Origin: a virus | DNA: 17,020 bases | IMG/VR virus record: IMGVR_UViG_3300045988_053285 | Location: 1-17,020 of that record | Reading direction: 5' to 3' (one strand) | Shown here: positions 14,992 through 17,020 of the stretch, one piece after another | Layout of the letters: each line of letters begins with the position of its first letter | Numbering within the stretch: position 1 is the first letter of the stretch | The notes under the pieces: model-generated | The model's database searches: none | What the model was told of the DNA's origin: nothing | What the model saw: only the letters and a program-made list of their open reading frames with translations | Made by a program: the position numbers and the translations under genes

Positions 14992-15117
14992 CCAGACGTC
15001 AGAACTCGTCTGGAAGAGCGACCGCGGTGATGAACCGCGTTAAGTCGGCTTGCCGCTCAAGAGGTGGGCGGTTTGGCGTGCCGCCCTAACAGTGTAGTAA
15101 GATCTTTCGTTCTTACT
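14992..15117 (-). ncRNA. Structured GC-rich untranslated RNA (candidate pRNA-like packaging RNA or regulatory leader)
   Basis: It starts at the predicted TSS of the consensus promoter at 15124-15152. Four helices are visible by eye on the minus strand. AGUAAGA/UCUUACU spans 15117-15111 / 15102-15096. GGGCGG/CCGCCC spans 15086-15081 / 15071-15066. GAGCG/CGCUC (15058-15054 / 15020-15016) encloses CGCGGU/ACCGCG (15039-15034 / 15028-15023). CCAGACG/CGUCUGG spans 15013-15007 / 14998-14992 and is followed by UAAAAAUAAUUU. No ORF with an RBS is present. The region is far more GC-rich than its flanks. Confidence 0.4.
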
Positions 15118-15123
15118 GTATTT

Positions 15124-15152
15124 ATTATACCTCTTAACACTTATTTTGTCAA
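15124..15152 (-). promoter_or_regulatory. Consensus sigma-A-type promoter in front of the structured RNA and replication operon
   Basis: On the minus strand: TTGACA (15152-15147), 17-nt spacer, TATAAT (15129-15124). Both hexamers are perfect. Confidence 0.8.
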
Positions 15153-15214
15153 GCGTTTTGCATAAATATTTAAATATTTTGTTATAAAGTTAGTTTAGAC
15201 TAACTCGAGCCGTA

Positions 15215-15313
15215 TTACCCAAAAATCATTGCTGTATAGCTAAACACGATAATATCGTAAATCAATGCGACGATTATTAAAAGCTGTAAAATTCGTAAAA
15301 GTTTTATTTTCAA
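15215..15313 (-). CDS. Small hydrophobic peptide (32 aa, single predicted TM), below the ORF-track cutoff
   Basis: TTG start at 15313 preceded by AAGGAGA (15326-15320) with a 6-nt spacer. My translation is MKIKLLRILQLLIIVALIYDIIVFSYTAMIFG, ending at a stop at 15215-15217. It is followed by an AU-rich hairpin (15188-15193 / 15200-15205). Confidence 0.4.
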   Translation of the reverse strand: MKIKLLRILQLLIIVALIYDIIVFSYTAMIFG

Positions 15314-15336
15314 AGCTTTTCTCCTTTTCTAAAATA

Positions 15337-15597
15337 CTACGCTCCTGTGTAGTAGATTTTTCGTTCCTTGTTTACATGGTCGATAGCTGTGTAAACTGGT
15401 TTCGGTTTGTTTCCGGTGACATACGACATAATGCCGTTTCCGTCACTGTCAAGAATGCAGATTTTGACACGTTCGTCGCACTCGGAAAATAACGTGATTG
15501 ACTTTCTGGCGCACGATAACACGTTTTGAAATGTATCGGTGCGATATGTAACCATTGATAAATGACCACCTATGTAAAACTTGATCTTGTATTTCAT
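15337..15597 (-). CDS. Hypothetical early protein (86 aa)
   Basis: ATG at 15597 with RBS AAAGGA 7 nt upstream. Same strand and spacing as neighbouring early genes. No recognisable motifs. Confidence 0.6.
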   Translation of the reverse strand: MKYKIKFYIGGHLSMVTYRTDTFQNVLSCARKSITLFSECDERVKICILDSDGNGIMSYVTGNKPKPVYTAIDHVNKERKIYYTGA

Positions 15598-15643
15598 ACT
15601 ATTTTCCTTTCCGCCCGTTTTGCCACTTGTCGGCTATGCAAGT

Positions 15644-15811
15644 TTATAATTCGATTGTAAAAATCTCACCATTTGAACCTATTACGTCATACGTAATAAG
15701 ATACTCTAACCTATTCGATAGATATTCATAAAGTTCATGAAATTCACCTTTTACCACAAAGTGCTTAAGGAAACCATCTTCATCAAAATATGAAACACTA
15801 TATTTTGTCAT
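15644..15811 (-). CDS. Hypothetical small acidic early protein (55 aa)
   Basis: ATG at 15811 with a strong RBS (AGGAGGTG); the ORF-track start at 15868 lacks an RBS. It has 10 Asp/Glu against 4 Lys/Arg. Confidence 0.6.
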   Translation of the reverse strand: MTKYSVSYFDEDGFLKHFVVKGEFHELYEYLSNRLEYLITYDVIGSNGEIFTIEL

Positions 15812-15889
15812 ATTTACACCTCCTTTATATTCACTTCCACGTAGCCTGTACATTTTAAATACTTGCAAGATACGTAAAACATGTTGTGG

Positions 15890-16024
15890 TCAGCGTCCAA
15901 AATATTCGCTAATATTGTTCTCTTCATTTTTTATGCACTCTAATGCAAGTTCCGATAACATTTGAATGAACGTGCAGTTGTAAACTCTGATACCGACTTT
16001 CTTAATTTCCACGTAATATTCCAT
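15890..16024 (-). CDS. Hypothetical small early protein (44 aa), below the ORF-track cutoff
   Basis: The ATG at 16024 overlaps the TGA of the upstream gene (TGATG coupling), with GGAGAGAGGTG upstream. My translation is MEYYVEIKKVGIRVYNCTFIQMLSELALECIKNEENNISEYFGR. It fills an otherwise unexplained 155-nt gap. Confidence 0.4.
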   Translation of the reverse strand: MEYYVEIKKVGIRVYNCTFIQMLSELALECIKNEENNISEYFGR

Positions 16025-16353
16025 CACACCTCTCTCCATACAAGACACTCGGCACAATCCCATTTTCCTGCACCGTAGTCATGACGGAACTTTGCGATGT
16101 GCTGGGCTGATGTGGATGTATAGCCGTAGACCTTTCTAAGAAAGTCATAACAGCTATCATCCTGTGTATCAATTACAGCTACTATAGTTCTGTAGCTTTT
16201 AAGGATGTAGAACTGCCCTAATTTGCAAACACATGCAGAACAAGTTCGTAAACGTTTCCATTCTGATGCTCTCTCGTGCATATCAAGGCTGTAAATTTCC
16301 TCATAAATTGCGTCAACCTTTTTATTAATTTCTAGCTGTTCTTTCTTCGTCAT
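16024..16353 (-). CDS. Hypothetical Cys-rich early protein (109 aa)
   Basis: ATG at 16353 with RBS AAGGAGGT and a 7-nt spacer. It contains CSACVC and CAEC, a possible zinc-binding pair, plus SYRTIVAVID...YGYTSTSAQHIAKF. I cannot assign it to a family. Confidence 0.65.
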   Translation of the reverse strand: MTKKEQLEINKKVDAIYEEIYSLDMHERASEWKRLRTCSACVCKLGQFYILKSYRTIVAVIDTQDDSCYDFLRKVYGYTSTSAQHIAKFRHDYGAGKWDCAECLVWREV

Positions 16354-16423
16354 AACAATGACCTCCTTTTCTGTTTTCAGACCGGACTATTCCGGTAAAG
16401 TCACCTCCGCGCCGCTGGTATGA

Positions 16424-16606
16424 CTAATTATCCGAAAAAAATCGGTCAAATAACCGAGTGTCACCGTCGTAACACTTTACTGTTACGTAACAGTGCTGTT
16501 TATGAGCCAGCTTCTCAATGATGGTGCAATCTTTATGAACCTCATCCAGATTGTCCTCTACAATAATGCTTCTTTTTCCATTGCAGACAATCAGTAATTT
16601 GTACAT
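16424..16606 (-). CDS. Hypothetical early protein (60 aa), first ORF after the right-end promoters
   Basis: ATG at 16606 with AGGAGG 9 nt upstream; the ORF-track start at 16642 lacks an RBS. No recognisable motifs. Confidence 0.55.
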   Translation of the reverse strand: MYKLLIVCNGKRSIIVEDNLDEVHKDCTIIEKLAHKQHCYVTVKCYDGDTRLFDRFFSDN

Positions 16607-16822
16607 TCCTATTTTCCTCCTATTCATTATATAAATCTGCATATAACCTGTCCAATTCTGCCCATTTTGCTCTCCTCATTCGAGTATGCCATTTATGAAA
16701 GACGATCTCGACACGTCCCGTGAACTCCAATCCATTGTGTTCACTCAGTTTGGTGTTTATAGCCGTCACCGCTAGGCTTGCTACTAATTTGCACTAGCAG
16801 CTTTTCCTTACCTTGTACCTAT

Positions 16823-16851
16823 ATTATAGCACAGGTTTGGTAGTTTGTCAA
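16823..16851 (-). promoter_or_regulatory. Right-end early promoter, proximal copy
   Basis: On the minus strand: TTGACA (16851-16846), 17-nt spacer, TGC-TATAAT extended -10 (16831-16823). It is a perfect consensus. Confidence 0.8.
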
Positions 16852-16916
16852 GTACTTGTTTTCACTATCTGAAGTGTTATCCTGTACTTAACTCCCTTTC
16901 CTTACCTTGTAACCAT

Positions 16917-16945
16917 ATTATAGCACAGGTTTGACAGTTTGTAAA
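16917..16945 (-). promoter_or_regulatory. Right-end early promoter, distal copy
   Basis: On the minus strand: TTTACA (16945-16940), 17-nt spacer, TGC-TATAAT (16925-16917). It lies 94 bp upstream of the proximal copy. Confidence 0.75.
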
Positions 16946-17000
16946 GCTGTCAGTTTGCACAATATTTTGCTGTAGTTTTTGTACAAATGGGAGAACTGAC

Positions 17001-17020
17001 AAGGGGGGTCTATTTTTTAC
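17001..17020. repeat. Right inverted terminal repeat (ITR)
   Basis: AAGGGGGGTCTATTTTTTAC is the exact reverse complement of bases 1-20. Confidence 0.95.

Larger units (their letters stand above)
16803..16946. repeat. Imperfect 50-bp direct repeat (16803-16852 and 16897-16946, period 94 bp) carrying the two early promoters
   Basis: My base-by-base alignment gives 45 of 50 identities. The repeat spans -35, spacer, -10 and about 20 nt of initially transcribed sequence (ACAAGGTAAGGAAA). Confidence 0.85.

Noticed and set aside
15016-15058. A tRNA-like T-arm (CGCGG-UUCAUCA-CCGCG) closed by a GAGCG/CGUC-type stem and followed by UUCCA.
   Set aside because: Only about 14 nt separate the outer stem from the T-arm-like hairpin, so there is no room for D and anticodon arms. 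Candidate acceptor strands further upstream do not pair. It is treated as part of the structured RNA rather than a tRNA gene.
14858-15089. Plus-strand ORFs of 61 and 70 aa across the GC-rich region.
   Set aside because: They have no RBS. They run antisense to a transcript driven by a perfect promoter. Their open frames are explained by the GC-rich structured RNA segment.
15265-15492. Plus-strand 75-aa ORF.
   Set aside because: It is antisense to the 86-aa early gene and the 32-aa peptide ORF. It has no RBS and no plus-strand promoter.
2355-16642. Longer N-terminal extensions given by the ORF track (starts at 3233, 4026, 7419, 9135, 9346, 10952, 14627, 15868, 16642).
   Set aside because: In each case an internal ATG with a well-spaced AGGAGG-type RBS gives a start that abuts or slightly overlaps the upstream stop. 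The extension lacks an RBS or invades the upstream gene.
16627-16660. A possible third promoter (TTGGAC-18-TATAAT, minus strand) just upstream of the 60-aa ORF.
   Set aside because: The -35 matches only 3 of 6 positions, the spacer is 18 nt, and the TSS would fall on the RBS. It is more likely a chance AT-rich match.
16622-16775. Tiny ORFs in the early leader: a 29-codon plus-strand ORF from 16686, and 19- and 21-codon minus-strand ORFs.
   Set aside because: They have no convincing RBS and are too short to evaluate. Only the 12-codon ORF behind GAGGAGAG is mentioned, as a possibility, in the findings.
1-17020. A search for CRISPR arrays, tRNA/rRNA genes, integrase or lysogeny modules, transposases, and toxin-antitoxin or other defence cassettes.
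   Set aside because: None was seen. The only repeats are the ITRs, the 465-bp intragenic duplication and the 50-bp promoter duplication. All large ORFs are accounted for by phage structural, lysis and replication functions.

Overview
The window is a complete linear genome (17,020 bp) of a small phi29-like podophage that replicates by protein priming. A perfect 20-bp inverted terminal repeat sits on the first and last bases. On the minus strand, 100-9337 is one structural/lysis operon: holin, Pal-like endolysin, virion-associated tail lysin, scaffold, major capsid, tail knob, portal, lower collar, and a 746-aa appendage ending in an SGNH esterase. The gp16-type packaging ATPase (9448-10485) is the only plus-strand gene. 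It is expressed from a back-to-back divergent promoter pair and ends at a shared bidirectional terminator. The minus-strand region 10650-14943 holds the replication module in phi29 order: p6-like DNA-binding protein, p5-like SSB, terminal protein, family-B DNA polymerase, then two unknown ORFs. 15215-16606 holds six small ORFans, two of them below the ORF-track size cutoff, driven by two tandem near-consensus promoters at the right end. There is no integrase, repressor, tRNA or CRISPR. Shine-Dalgarno sites (AGGAGG), sigma-A-type promoters, a BhlA-like holin and AT-rich composition point to a Bacillota host (inference). The most interesting signals are: (1) a GC-rich, multi-hairpin untranslated RNA of about 126 nt behind a perfect consensus promoter, a candidate packaging RNA; (2) a 100%-identical 465-bp in-frame duplication inside the receptor-binding gene; (3) an in-phase A_AAA_AAG slippery site that would fuse the tail lysin to the scaffold; (4) unannotated small ORFs and an ORFan early cluster.
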